NCBI GenBank assembly: GCA_003693705.1
Contig: RBZT01000845.1
Coordinates: 1-39,333, forward strand
DNA: 39,333 nt
Reading direction: 5' to 3'
From: Polymyxa betae A26-41
Taxonomy: Eukaryota; Protista; Endomyxa: Phytomyxea
In this document: one piece after another, positions 12,520 to 25,045 of the stretch
How positions within the stretch are numbered: position 1 is the stretch's first letter
Layout of the letters: each line of letters opens with the position of its first letter
Program-made: the position numbers and the translations under genes
The notes under the pieces: generated by a model
Databases searched by the model: none
The model's input: the letters and a program-made list of their open reading frames with translations, nothing else
Told to the model about the DNA's origin: nothing

Positions 12520-13474
12520 AGCCATGGAATTTTTTTGTATGGTAACTACTGCCGGAACCCCTCAACAATGTACTGAAACCCATTGTTGAAGGCATCGCCA
12601 GCGCTCTGAACCGTAGATGCTTCCTGTTTTTGTAAAGCTGTAGTCCATTCATGTTGGATGCAGGCTCTTAATTAGCTACCGATTTTAACAATGTAGTCGG
12701 CCTGTTGATGAGCATTAACAGCGGTATTGGCAACCCAGAGTTGCGTTTGCGTCATTTTGGGCGTTTTGTACTCTTGAAATTTTGGCCGAAAGATGCGATG
12801 GCAGCTATCGGATTCAAGTCTAATTGGCCACCGATCGTAAGGGAATACATTCCTGCCAACCCTAAGCCTTACAATTATAGTATGTATAGTATTTGCTCAA
12901 AGCGTTGATAATCGCTGCCATGACCAGAAGATATAGAAGATTTGCATTGCAATTCAATTATTGAATACTCCATAGCCATGGGTCGAATTCAACCGTAATG
13001 GATCGATGCTCTACAGGACAAATGTCCTGATTTTCATATGAAATTTTCTGAACTATGGATGTCGATGAATCAACCTCTGACGCTACAGGTGCCCCAGAGG
13101 GTTTCCCCTGGTGCATCATATTGGGAAATTACAGAGCCGGCCGTCACCGGAGGCACGCTCAATCTTGAAGTTATCTATATAATTTGTCTCAGAACACAGA
13201 CATTTCACTCTGCGTCTTATCGGCTACCTGCAGCTACAATACGATAGGAGCAACGTTCAGCGACTACGACAGCAACAGCATGTCCGGGAACGTTCGGAGT
13301 CAAAGGAGATCGGCTTCTGCCGACGCTGATGGGAATATCACCAAGCAAGACATTAAAGATCAGGAGTATGCTAAGCGTTATCCTGTGATTTGCAAGGTGA
13401 CCATTTCCCTTTTACCTAGCTATGATTGACTCTCCAGCTTTCGAAACAGGTGTCCAAGGATTGACTATTCGTTC
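12520..13474 (+). pseudogene. Decayed multi-exon gene of unknown family, 5' copy
   Basis: Colinear with 13634-14170 (LLKFWP..AIGFK, AMG.IQP, IKDQEY.K.YPVI.K) with shared ~50-nt intron-like segments. Contains stops and frameshifts. Confidence 0.55.
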
Positions 13475-13633
13475 ATTCCATCTGTGAAGCCCTTCCCTTT
13501 CATTCTGCGCTGCAGAATGGCACCAAGATGGGCAATTTTACGAAGCGCATCTGTTTTGATTCCAGTATCATGTCTTCATCTGTTGAACACGACCGTCCTT
13601 CTGATGACGAGTGCGATCTCCACCTTCTAAATC
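13475..13633 (-). repeat. Inverted diverged copy of ~15055-15216
   Basis: CCATCTGTGAAGCCCTTCCC...CTGCGCTGCAGAATGGC...TTCTGATGACGAGTGC matches the reverse complement of 15055-15216. Confidence 0.8.
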
Positions 13634-15308
13634 GCCAGCGCCTAGAGCCGTAGACGTCATCTCTGGGCGTCTCTGCTGTTGAAATTTTGGCCGAATGAGG
13701 TGATGCTGGCTATCGGATTCAAGACTAATTCACCACCAATTGTAAGGGAATACATTTATGCCAACCCTAACTCTTGAAAATGCTGAATTTATAGTATATG
13801 TTCAAAGCGATGATACTTTCTGCAATGACAAGACAATATGGAAGAATTGCATTGCAAGGTCGGGTCCTCTTCCTCCAACTAACTCAATTTACTGATCATT
13901 CCATAGCCATGGGTCAAATTCAACCCGAATGGATTGATGATCTTCTGGGGACATGTCCTGATTTTCATGACGAAATTTCTGAACTGATGGATATCGATGA
14001 ACCAACTTCTGACGCCACTGGCGACACAGCAAGTTTCCCCTGGTGCATCAAGGATCAGGAGTATGTCAAGTGTTATCCTGTGATTCGCAAGGTGACCATA
14101 TACCTGTTACTTAACTATGATTGACGGTTTCCAGCTTTTGAAACAGGTTTCTCAAGGATGGACAATTCATGCAGATATTGGAATCCAAATAGCACTGGAA
14201 CGAACCAAGTTCACCAGGTTTGTTAACCCAGTGAGGATTTCACCTGACAGTGGGCATCAAAAGTTTTAACAGAAATCGTTTTACAAGCACATCTGCAACG
14301 AGCCTGATCTTCCTATTGAACCGAATCTTTCCCAACCGCCTTCTGAGACTCCCGTTGCACCTGCGCCGATTCCTTTGGATGAATGTGCTCCAATTCTAGC
14401 AATGGAATCTGTGGTGGATTCTGCAGCTAGATCCAGGACCAGCCGCGATGATTGTTTGTTACGGCTACTGCTGCCTCAGTCTCCGCCGTTCCCACAACCT
14501 CTGATTCCGTTCGTGACGGCTCTATAACCATTACCAATGCCTCTGTCAACAATTATACTGGTTCTCCACTCCAATGGCGGTCTCATTCCTGTGACACTGG
14601 AGTATTCAAAAAAGAGTGCAAATCTCGAATTTGGATTCGGTTAATCACAACCCATGGTAGCTGCTGGAGATGCTCCGACGTTATCGGGTCCAGTACCACT
14701 TACCCGCTATATATTAACGCACCCTTCGACAAAATGCGTGCTTAATCATCTGCGAGATGTTTATGGAATTGACGCAGAGTACGTGCCTTTGAGTGGACAC
14801 GCATGTCGACGTGGAGTCGCAGCATACACACCGCTTCACATTGATCGCTTTTACGTAATTCGGGCGCTTGGTTACAGCGAGAGGCGACTTGAGTACGCCC
14901 AAAAGCAAATGAGAGCAGCCTACTCTACCCTCCAGCAACTGATGCAGAATGCTTCGACACAACCGGAATTTTGTTGGGGAGAACATGCGTGGCTGTTCGC
15001 CACCTGCTCCGCTCGAAATTTCAGTCCCGTTCGGTGATCCCACCAAAAGCATTGCTCTTGTCAGCAAGTGGATGCTGCACTCGTCGTCAGAAGAACGCTC
15101 GGGTTCAAGAGAGGTAGACGCGATACTGGAATTCAAAGAGAAATGCTTCGCACACTTGCCCATTTTTGTCGCCATTTTGCAGCGCAGGATGGACGGGAAG
15201 GGCTATACAGATGGATTGTTGTGTCATAGAATGACAAAGCGCATCTCACAAAATGGAAACATCATAAAAAATGAAACCGTTGCTCAGGGCTCCTATTTTA
15301 ATCTTTGA
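13634..15308 (+). pseudogene. Decayed multi-exon gene of unknown family, longer copy
   Basis: Successive + strand ORF fragments (13798, 14452, 14654, 14949) with GT-AG intron-like gaps and frameshifts. Paralogous to 12520-13474. Confidence 0.55.
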
Positions 15309-17613
15309 TTTCTGTTCTGTGTCTATTTGCGTTTACAAATGAGACAGATCCGGATAAAAACGATCGTTCAGAAGGAGCTCGCGATCATGCTCCTTTTGTT
15401 GGGAGTCCCTAATTCGAACAGTAGTGATAATAAAATCATGGCATTTGAATGGTCACTGGCTGAGGGATACTGCAGAGCTACGAGTTTAATTGGATTACAG
15501 AGATGAGCTAGATTAACGTAGTTATCATTTAGCTAAGCGGGCAACCCTAACCGCATTGCTTTTTTTTAGTTCGTAGGAAATGGATGATATTAATATAGCA
15601 GACCCAGAGAGAATGGAAAGCAGCAGAGACCATTATTCTCAGAAAATAAGTGATGAGGCCGCAAAAACTTTGAGGACAATGACAGAACAGGACAATTCGG
15701 AAGATGGCGTGAAGATTCCCTCTGACAAACAGTGACAGCTCAGAAAAAGATCAAATAGACCTAAACAAGATGGACTTTTTTATTGCACAGAAGAATTCAA
15801 TTGAAAAGAGCATCGATACTTAAAACGTAAATGTAAATCAAGAAACACAAAAGTATCTCGCCCATTGGGAATTGATGCAGCTCTGGAAATGAACGAAGAG
15901 GTCGACAATCAAATGAACAGGCAATTAAATGCAGTCAAGCTTTGCGGACTGATGTGTCTATAAAAGCGAGAACGTCAAGTTCCATCTGCATCAACCTTGA
16001 AATTAGGCACATATCAGGGTCATACGCGACGATATCAGGATGCCGATCGACGGCGATGATATCGATCACCTTTCGGATCGCTTCACCATGTTTGTTGACT
16101 TGCTATCAGAATTGGTGTATAGAGGTGGGAACCATTCGAAACGCCGCTGTTCGCGAGAGCAAGTATACTTTGTTTGCAAAATTTATAAACTTTCACTTTT
16201 CTGTTAACGTATTCGCTTCGCCGTCGAGAACTCTATCAATGACAAGAAGCCGGAAAATAGATGGATCTGCTGATTCGTCGGACTTGGCACCTTGTATACG
16301 TTAGCAATACCGTACTAGAGGGCTGTTATTTCTGTTTCGTAGCTTGAAGTAGCTTCTGGGATCTTAATACTTTCGCTGAGCTCAACTTCGGAATAGTTTC
16401 TGCGTCCAAAATAGGGATGACAGTGCTAGATAATCGGAATCGTAAAGTCGGTCTGTCTGGATTCTCCATCGCGCTATTTAGGCAGCTTCTGTGATATTTC
16501 TATCGGTCTCATTATCTACGCTGAGGCTACCTTCAGTCCAGATGGTAATACCCTCGTCGCTTTTTGGGTAAGAGGGCTCTTTTTTTGTGTTTTGGCGACT
16601 GTTTCTGCTCTCGTACTGAGATGGAAGAATCATTTGCTCAGATATTCTAACAATATGAACTTCTGACAGCTGTGCTTTCGATCTGTGCAGATCGCGATCT
16701 GGTGCTCTCCCATGATATCCTATCAAGGAAATCAATTCTGCTATTTGCTTTGCTCTCAACACAATGCGAACACTATGAATGAATGACATAACTTTTAAAG
16801 CGGATTTTATGCAGAATTAATTAAGTGGAGTGTGCTAACTGTGCTTGGGCTTTTTGGCTAGTTCAGATCCAAATATTCGGCAAAGGACATTGTCATGAAA
16901 ATGCTTCTTGGAGTTCGGACCTTATCGGATGGCGAATTTTCGTTTGAACATTAGAAAAGATTGATCGGTGTTGAATTCGACTTTTGTTCTGTCGACACCA
17001 TGACTCCATGTCCAGCAGTTGTGCTGTCAAACTTTTCGTTCGTTCGTTTTTTGTAAGCAAAGAGACCCAGCCAATGGTGTCGTCACGTGGTTATTCGAAT
17101 TTGTTTTTTGGGAGCAGCATCTCGTATACAAATAGGAATATCACGTTACGATAGTCGCTTTAGGGATTTTGCGGCTGTTGGTTTCGATTTTGAGTCTGCA
17201 TATAATACGGGAATGGTCATTGTCGAACTTACGCAGCATTTTCCACATTCTCCCAAAGTTTAAGGAATAGAAAAATGGTCTCAACTGGGATGCCTTCTTA
17301 AAATGTGGTTTTTAAACCTGTCGAAAACGCATTGAGATGATAATAGCATCATCATTTATTGTCAAAGAGAAACCAATCGGAAAATACATAGCTTCTATAA
17401 TTCATTTTGTAGCCCTTTGAATATCTTGATAGATTTAAACTGAATGTGATTCTAATGCAGAGCTGACACACAATATGCAATTAAAAAGCAGAAAAATGCA
17501 TCAAAAAACATATGAGATGGTCGCCCCAATCAATTTTCAGAAAAAAAGTAACATCAGTCGAAGGAGCTGCAACTGATTGAATCATGTTTGAAGGAAAGTA
17601 ATGATGGGGACCT

Positions 17614-18433
17614 TTATTGAGGAGAACGTGATTTCTCAATATAGGTGCGGAGTTTGCCAATAGCCGTGAATCCGACGAATGCGCCTGCAAATGTCGATAT
17701 GAAGGCTTTGAATTGATCACGAACGCCACCAAATCCGAATCCGAACATCATGGCAGTCAGCGAAATTAAATACATCATATGAGCGACATTGAAGATCTTC
17801 TGAGAGAGAGCAGACTCGGACGTATTGACGGGAGGTATGCAAACAGGAAGTGAAAGAGCGGTGCAAACAGGAAGTGAAAGAGCGGTAAAAACCATCATGA
17901 GGTTCCTAATCAGGAATAAAAGGTTTCGAAAGATCGTCAAATTGCGGTAAGAATTTCTACCAGAGTTGGTCGTCAAAGCAGCCTTGAACGCTGTTGCGTA
18001 AAATGAAGAGGACGCGAAGACCAAAGAACATGCGACCATGAGAAGTGATGCGATGTTGTTAGGCAAGGCTGGCAAAACATCAGAGGCAGAATTCAGCATC
18101 GTGTTACGTTACAGACCTCGGGTCAACACGATTCGGCCAAATCGGATCCCTACTGGATGGTTTGCGAGATAAGGTTCCGGAAAAGACTCGATCGGAGCGC
18201 CCAATCCAATATCCGTTACTGTATGATGGAAAGTGAAAGAAAGTTGAATCAATACGGACCTGTATTGGAGCCGATCAGAGGAGAGCCCTCGGATTCATTG
18301 ACAGCACTGGTTTTACCAGCCAGGGCGTCTGAGACATGGAGGTCAGCGTTTGTAAGCGTGGACATGAAGGTTACAGACCAGAGGCGATCAGGGCCAGAGC
18401 AAGAGCGAATACGACGATGAATCGGATAGACAT
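17614..18433 (-). CDS. Signal peptide + 4-TM family member E (226 aa if intron 4 is retained)
   Basis: Exons 18433-18379, 18328-18260, 18218-18117, 18068-17614 give 681 nt open to TAA. N-terminus MSIRFIVVFALALALIASDALA. A 24-nt in-frame duplication at 17838-17885 gives TALSLPVC twice. A cryptic ancestral intron lies at 17960-17906. Confidence 0.7.
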
Positions 18434-19021
18434 CGTGTTAAGACAGAATGAGACGAGAGACGGAGATGAGCTGATGTCCGCATATAGAAGATATTCAGCG
18501 CGCAACCCTCTCGGTGTTATGTTTGACTGGTGTCCAAGTGTCAGACAGATGAAATCAGAAAATTGACGATGGTTGACCATTAACTATGCGAGATTTGATA
18601 CAAAGAAAATCTCAGCAGGTAGAGCTCTATTCTAAGGGTGGTTCCAACTCACTCTTTGTAGAAGACAAAATCTAAGTTCAAAGAGGCTGCACTCGAGAGA
18701 AGTTTGATGGAAACTTTGCGTAAAGCAGCGCCAGCTGTCTAGTTTCAGAGACAAATTAAATTCCTATTTTTTCGATAATTGTGATAATCGTTGCCATTTA
18801 AAGTTATCTTCAGAGATGTCATCTCGAATTACCTTTTTCGGGTTAAACAACGAGTTTTTCACTAAATCTCACTGCGCACAAATTTCACGCACCTTTTCTG
18901 TTTGCATTCCACTGCGCTCTATTTTGACGCACCTTTTTTCTGTTCGCGCCTATTTTCACGCACCTTTCTTCTGTTGGAATTCACTGCGCACTTTTTCACG
19001 CATCATATTCTCTGTTCGCTT

Positions 19022-19657
19022 TCACTGAATAACATCTCCGAGCAGACTGCAGACGCGCTCGACCACACCATCGATATCGCTCCAGACTATCACGATACCT
19101 TATTCAATGGAATCCTGACCTCGTACCGAACCGACGCTGTCCTAGTCTGAGAGGGCGCCGTCATCAACGGCCATTCCGTCGCGCTGTGCGTGTCGGCGTA
19201 CACGTCGATCGACGACGTCGTCCTGTCCCCGCTGACCATGGACTTCTACCAGACGACGGGCGTCCCCCAGGACCGGTACGACGCCATGCTGGCCCATCAA
19301 TTGCTCATCCAGGCCTGCATCATGGCGATCGAATGGCTGGCGTCGATCGTGGCCCTGATGTGTACGTACTGGCCCATGAAGACGTTTCTGGACAATCTGG
19401 AGAAGGCGCTCAACGTGCCGTCGGTGTCGCATGAGCACCGACAGAAGATGGACGAGAGAGCGGCAGCCTTGATGGAGGCCGCGAAACCCGAGTCGATCAT
19501 CAACACCCAGAAGCGCGGCTCGGGACCGCGGCCTCTATCGTTGCAGAACTCGCTGGGCTCCGTACGCAGGTCCCTGTGAATGTCATCGGAGTCGGTACCA
19601 AACCCTAACCCTGGCAAGTCGCTATCTGTGAGTGATGGCGGTCTAGCTACCTGCTAA
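19022..19657 (+). pseudogene. 5'-truncated GC3-rich fragment of a membrane protein
   Basis: One reading frame with in-frame TGA at 19148 and 19577, strong C/G third-position bias and a hydrophobic helix LLIQACIMAIEWLASIVALMCTYW. No credible start codon. Confidence 0.6.
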
Positions 19658-20542
19658 TTTTAAACCTAAAAGCCTGCATTAGCCTCTTGGATTGGATTTG
19701 ACTAGCTCTTGATTCTCATCAAGTATGAAGTGTCGGTGATCTTTTGATAAGCAAATGGCCTATACTTGAGGAGCTCCTTCTATTCAGTTTCAGAGCGGAA
19801 ATTATTTCACCCGTTTTATATAGGGTTAAGCAATGTTCGGCCCTCTATGTACGGGCCTAAAGATGCCTCGGTACAGTATTAGAGGCACCTGCGTAATACA
19901 ACATGGATTCAAACACATGTACGGTATTTCCTCTAATACATCCCTATACCCAGCTTTACTTTTACCGTTTGATCTAAGCAACCGTGTTTTGTCTTGCGTT
20001 CAGAAATTTACCCATAACGTTTTCGTCTATGAAGAGTGCTTTGTGAAAAGCGTGATTTTTCGATTTTTTGTACTTTCATCGAAATTTCTTCAATTGTGTT
20101 TTGATTTTGTGCGCTTGATCAGTTGATATCCCCAGCAAATTTGCATGCGTATGTGACAGATCGTTTTTGTAGGAGCATAAAAAGAGACATGATAGACTGT
20201 GACAATTTGACAAAAGACATCAAGTCAGTCTTCAGACCCAACGGCCAGTACGGCTGTTCGAGCTGACAAACGGGATCACACGAGAATAGATTGGAAAACG
20301 GAGATGACAGTATTATTTGCGTAGATGCCGCCACGGTACCGTAGGCGCCGAGGAATTGCGGTAGCTGCAATGGACGGATGTGAAACCAATAAAACAGGAA
20401 GCTTTTTTTTCTTAAGTTTTTCAAAAAGAGAAAAGAGTCACGCAGATTTTGAGCGCAAAAATGTGCGATAAAATATGCGTCACATAAACATAGAAGAGAG
20501 AGCACAAAATCAACGATACGATAATTCGATTAACAGCCGAGT

Positions 20543-21816
20543 TTATTGACGGCGATATCCGACAATGCAGGCGACCGAGTACAGCCAGCGTTTCCATCTA
20601 GGGGCCGTTGGTTCTGCGGGCATCTCAATGTAGGGGGCCGCCCCCAATCGGGGTCCAGTAAACACCGCCAACATTTGGAAGAGGATATAGGAGCACCAGG
20701 TCCCTAATATATGCCATACGGCATGGTAGGGGATTCTACTCCAAAGGCGCGGATTTTTAGGGCATAATTTGCTCTCGTATAACATCCACAGGCCTAAGAC
20801 GGCGGGGAGAGTAAGCGAGGTCGTCACGATATAGCGACGGATCTGTTTCTGTTCGGGGAGTTTCTGCAACCACGAGCGATGACTGTAGAAGTTCATGAAC
20901 AGCAGGGACATGATCGTGATGAACATGCCGACGCCCGTGCCGATATGGGCGACGAATGATTCGTTTATAGCATTAGCGACCTGTCATGAACGGGTTAACA
21001 CAAAAAACTTAGAGCATAATAAAAAAATAATAAGAAAAAATAAGAAACAAAAATAACAAATAATAGAAATAGTAATAAAAAATTATAAAAATGAATGCAT
21101 TTATAATAAATAGAATGAAATTATAGAGTAAATGACCAAAAATGATAAATTTTTCGCTTACGATGGCTGCGAGACTGAGTGTGACGACGGCGAGATACAT
21201 AATTAGAGAGATCAAACGATAGGAAGCAATTCTCAAGGTCTTCTTCGATATGCCGAAGATAGTGTCGGAGACTGCGAGCGGAGCTGGGCTCGGGGCTGCA
21301 TATTCGTCGGACGGGGAAGAGGAGAAGCTGATCGGAAGAAAATTTTCGGCGGTGTTCTTCATGAGTAGTTTGTGGGCGATTTCATCGAGGCCGGTTGGAG
21401 CTCCCGCCAATACGATGATCATTTGCTGCCATAACAATCAGCCTTAAGAGAAACTTTAACGTGAATCTACTTTGTACAAAAAAAAACGAAAACTTTTCTA
21501 GGCAGCCAATGATATCTAGAAAAACGTAACGTTATTCTGTTTTATACAAATGAAACAAAATGAAAAACAATTGAAAACTTTTCTCACTTACCGACCACAG
21601 GTCGATTTTCCCGAAGAAATGATTATCGAAGTAATGATAGCCGAACGAGCCGATGGCATTGAGGGCCAGGATCGGGTACAAGATCCGGACCAGCGGGTTG
21701 TAATGACGCATTCCGGAGAACGAGTACGCCCACAGAGCGAACACCAGGTTCATGAGGGCCGTCGCGCTGGACCAGTATTCCGGCCCGTGCGTAACGGATC
21801 CTTCACACATCGGCAT
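20543..21816 (-). CDS. Alkaline ceramidase-like CREST-superfamily membrane hydrolase, 3 exons
   Basis: Exons 21816-21592, ~21425-21162, 20980-20543 with GTAAG donors, phase 0. Motifs CE...EYWS, SFGYH (SxxxH), KID and HAVWH (HxxxH). Multiple TM helices. Confidence 0.8.
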
Positions 21817-22708
21817 CGTGAATGGAGGCGTTCAGCGGTTCGTCGATTATACAGGTTAGGAGATAGATAGATTAAAAGAAGATTTAGGCGATAGAAGGCC
21901 GAATGAATTGTGATCTATGGATTCCATGATTTTCGACGAAAGGGCCGATCGAATCGATGAAGGCCGGAAGTGACTGACGGACTGCGAGAAATCCGCTCAC
22001 GGATTAATCCATAGAGGCTGTTCTGATGGAATAAACTGGTGGATTAATCCAGAAAAGTTTTTTCACTACTGTGAGAAATCTGCCAGATGGATTTATTGAA
22101 TAAACCGGTGAATTAATGCAAAAAAAATTTCACGGAGTGACTCGTGGCTGGGCCCAGATTTTCTTCTTTTAGATCGATCTTGAATAGATTTCATTTCCTC
22201 AATGTCATCTATGAGAACTTTTCACCCTTTATGCAATCGTAAACGTAATCAGCTTGTTTGAAAACATTTGTAGGGAAGAGCGTTGCTGATCCTGTTATTG
22301 TGATTTGGGATGTTGCTCTACCGCGATCTTTCAACTAATCCGGTCTTCTGCCTCCGTAGCGCCGCCGAATATGCCTCAAAGTTTGCTCGAACATCCTTGG
22401 GAAAGTCGCCCAGCAGCTCTCCTCGCCTGAGAACTTTTTCCACTCAAACAGAATTTCCGATTTCTAGGTTTCATCCTTCGCAGCCTCTAAACACAGCACG
22501 TTTTACCTCTCATTATCATGCGCATTTTTTTTTGAAACTCCTCTGTAAAACTTTTGTCCCAATAAAACCGTATTCGGACCCCATAAACCCAATGTCTTGA
22601 AGTTTCCAGAGGGATTTTCGTTAGGGTTTCCAACCCTAACTGGACTTGAATTTCCTTCTTAGGTTGGACGGATTTGTGTCTATCATAACCAACCTTGGTG
22701 TTTGGTGA

Positions 22709-23295
22709 ATGGAGGAATCCGAGCCATCGCCGAAGCGACCGCGATGAGTCCCTTCCACGAAATTGACTAATTGAATCGTCGGCTATGGATTAATCCGATG
22801 ACCGATGCCGACCTGAGCCGAGAACGTTTTCGAGCGTTGTCGAGCGCGAAGACGACGACATGTTATCGATACCGGCTCTGATCGGCTTGGAGTTTTTGGA
22901 GGCTTCGATATGGTAGTGTCCTCTATCAGAATGACGCCGCATCTTCTGCCCTTGATTTTCAGTACTTCGAATAGGTCAATACCCTGGGCTTGGGCTCGTA
23001 TCCTTCTATACTAAAATGTGATTCTATCATAATCAACATCAGACAATCTGCGCAGTTACATCATTCTCTGAAAAAAGTCGGACAATTTTAACCCCATTGA
23101 ATTACTGTTATGTTCGTATCCTCATTGAAGTTTCAGGAGTTTTCAAACTATCCGAATATCGTTGATAATATACGAGCTTTTTTTGCTGAGCGCTCTTTGA
23201 CCGACTCCAATGTGCTACCCCCATATTGGATTCTTCGCAATCAAGGTCGTACGGCTCGTTACTTCCTCGCATATTTCAACAAACTGAAAGTTTAG
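22709..23295 (+). pseudogene. RPR-motif family, heavily deleted copy 1
   Basis: Fragments SPKRPR*VP, DADL, VEREDD, LEFL, RYG and AERSLTDSNV correspond in order to the 23651-25045 copy. Confidence 0.6.
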
Positions 23296-23499
23296 AATCA
23301 CGCAGCCAAACTAAGAACTGATTTGGATCGAAAAAAGCCTAACGCAATACAGCTTTAACGAGTCGCGCAAACCATAAAATTGACGGGAAAAAACTGCGAA
23401 GTGATAATCTTCTCAACCCCCGAGAGGGACATCACTTGCCTCGACAGCAAGAGTTTACCGTAAAAATGTGCGCCACTTCCGCAGTTACAGAAAATCGCT

Positions 23500-23622
23500 G
23501 CTCTTCCGTTCAGAAAATATTTGCCGAAAATAAACTGCGTGGCTCTTCGGTTTAGAAAAATATTTGCCGTAAAACAAACTGCGTGGCTCTTCGGTTCAGG
23601 AAATTTTTGCCGTAAAAACTGC
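23500..23622. repeat. ~43-bp tandem repeat, about 3 copies
   Basis: GCTCTTC(C/G)GTT..GAAA.T.TTTGCCG.AAA..AACTGCG repeated. Confidence 0.85.
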
Positions 23623-23650
23623 GACAGCGAAAACTGTTTTACTTACTCAG

Positions 23651-25045
23651 GTCGAGTGCTCTGGCAGATTTCTAAGTCAGATTCACGGCCCAGCTTCGGT
23701 CAATGGTGGAAAAAAGCCGGGGTCGAAACGACCCCGACCGGTGCCATTCCCTCTCTATCTCAACGAGGACCGATACTTCAGCTCGATTCTGGTCCACTCC
23801 GATGCCGATTCCGACCTGGGTCGACAGTTTCAGTATCAGACGCGCGCCAACACCCAACATCTCTTCGATCTGAATTCAATCGAACGGGAAGACGATAACA
23901 GAATCAGTTTACTGTTAATTGCGGCTGTCATTGGCGATCTGGAATTCTTGGACATTATGAGACTTCGTTATGGTGGTGTAATCTACGATCGGTTTTAGTC
24001 GGGCTTGCCGCCAATCAATATGAGAATCTCGCATGGTTTATTTACTATGTTGAATTATCTAAGGCAACCTGTATTGTGGCTGATAATAGACAGTATAGAA
24101 ACGCACCGAGCTGGGCAAATTGCGGTTTGATGCCTTTAACGGCTTCTTTACTGCATTTCGATTTAGTCCGTTTACGAGGAACTGTATTGTGGCTGATAAT
24201 AGACAGTATAGAAACGCACCGAGCTGGGCAAATTGCGGTTTGATGCCTTTAACGGCTTCTTTACTGCATTTCGATTTAGTCCGTTTACGAGGATGTGATC
24301 TTACAATATCCTTCAGATTTGGAACTGAGGCGTTATCTCGGGCCAAGGAACGCTCTTGGCGATTTCCAGCCGGTTTCGAATGCCGAAATTTTAGTCTCGT
24401 CGAATCCGGGATATCCGGATTTAATTCCACTAGAGCGCGAACAGCTTCTCGAGGAGATCATCAAAAGCGATGAATATCTGGAATCGGAAACTCGCGCCTA
24501 TTTTATCGAACCTAATCGGGTTTCGTTTCGGCCAAGATCACGTCCGAATAGCAGCCGGATTGAAAGAGCTCAGTTTGTATGAATATGTCTTAGGGTTTTA
24601 GGGTTTGGATTCAAATCAGCTTCGGACGATCTACCCGCTACAAACTCCCACCAACTTCGAACTATTCCGGACCATGCTCTATGATTTCGATGGTTTTCAG
24701 AAAAAGCAAAATGGCCTTGATAACTATTTGTCTGTGTTGCTGCGTGCTCGGCCAAAGCTGGTTTCGGAGGTAATCAAGCTGGCAGATCTGCACAATTTCT
24801 ATGCTGATCCGGATCTCATCCAATACATTTATTGTGAGGTTCGTGAATATGCGAATCGCTCTTCGATCGAAGCGAATGTATTTGCCGATGGCTTGGCCGC
24901 CTTCGCAAACGATGTCGTGCAGCTCGTATCATCGTCGACTGTGGCAAAAAACCCTAACCCTAGCTGTTCAGATGAGGTCATCGTTACACCCGTGCAGTTT
25001 TGTATTTTAAATAAAAATCGAGAAATTCGAATCTTGTGCTCCTAA
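23651..25045 (+). pseudogene. RPR-motif family, most complete copy 2
   Basis: Reads GKKPGSKRPRPVPFPLYLNEDRYFSSIL...IAAVIGDLEFL...NPGYPDLIPLEREQLLEEIIKSDE. In-frame TAG at 23996 and a frameshifting 113-bp duplication. Confidence 0.65.
24069..24293. repeat. Perfect tandem duplication, period 113 bp
   Basis: 24069-24180 is identical to 24182-24293. Confidence 0.95.

Noticed and set aside
15600-16790. Possible gene or retroelement remnants
   Set aside because: Many stops, no recognisable motif and no paralog in the window.
21009-21161. Very hydrophobic Phe/Tyr/Ile C-terminus of ORF 21009-21437
   Set aside because: It is read-through into the T-rich intron 2 of the ceramidase gene.
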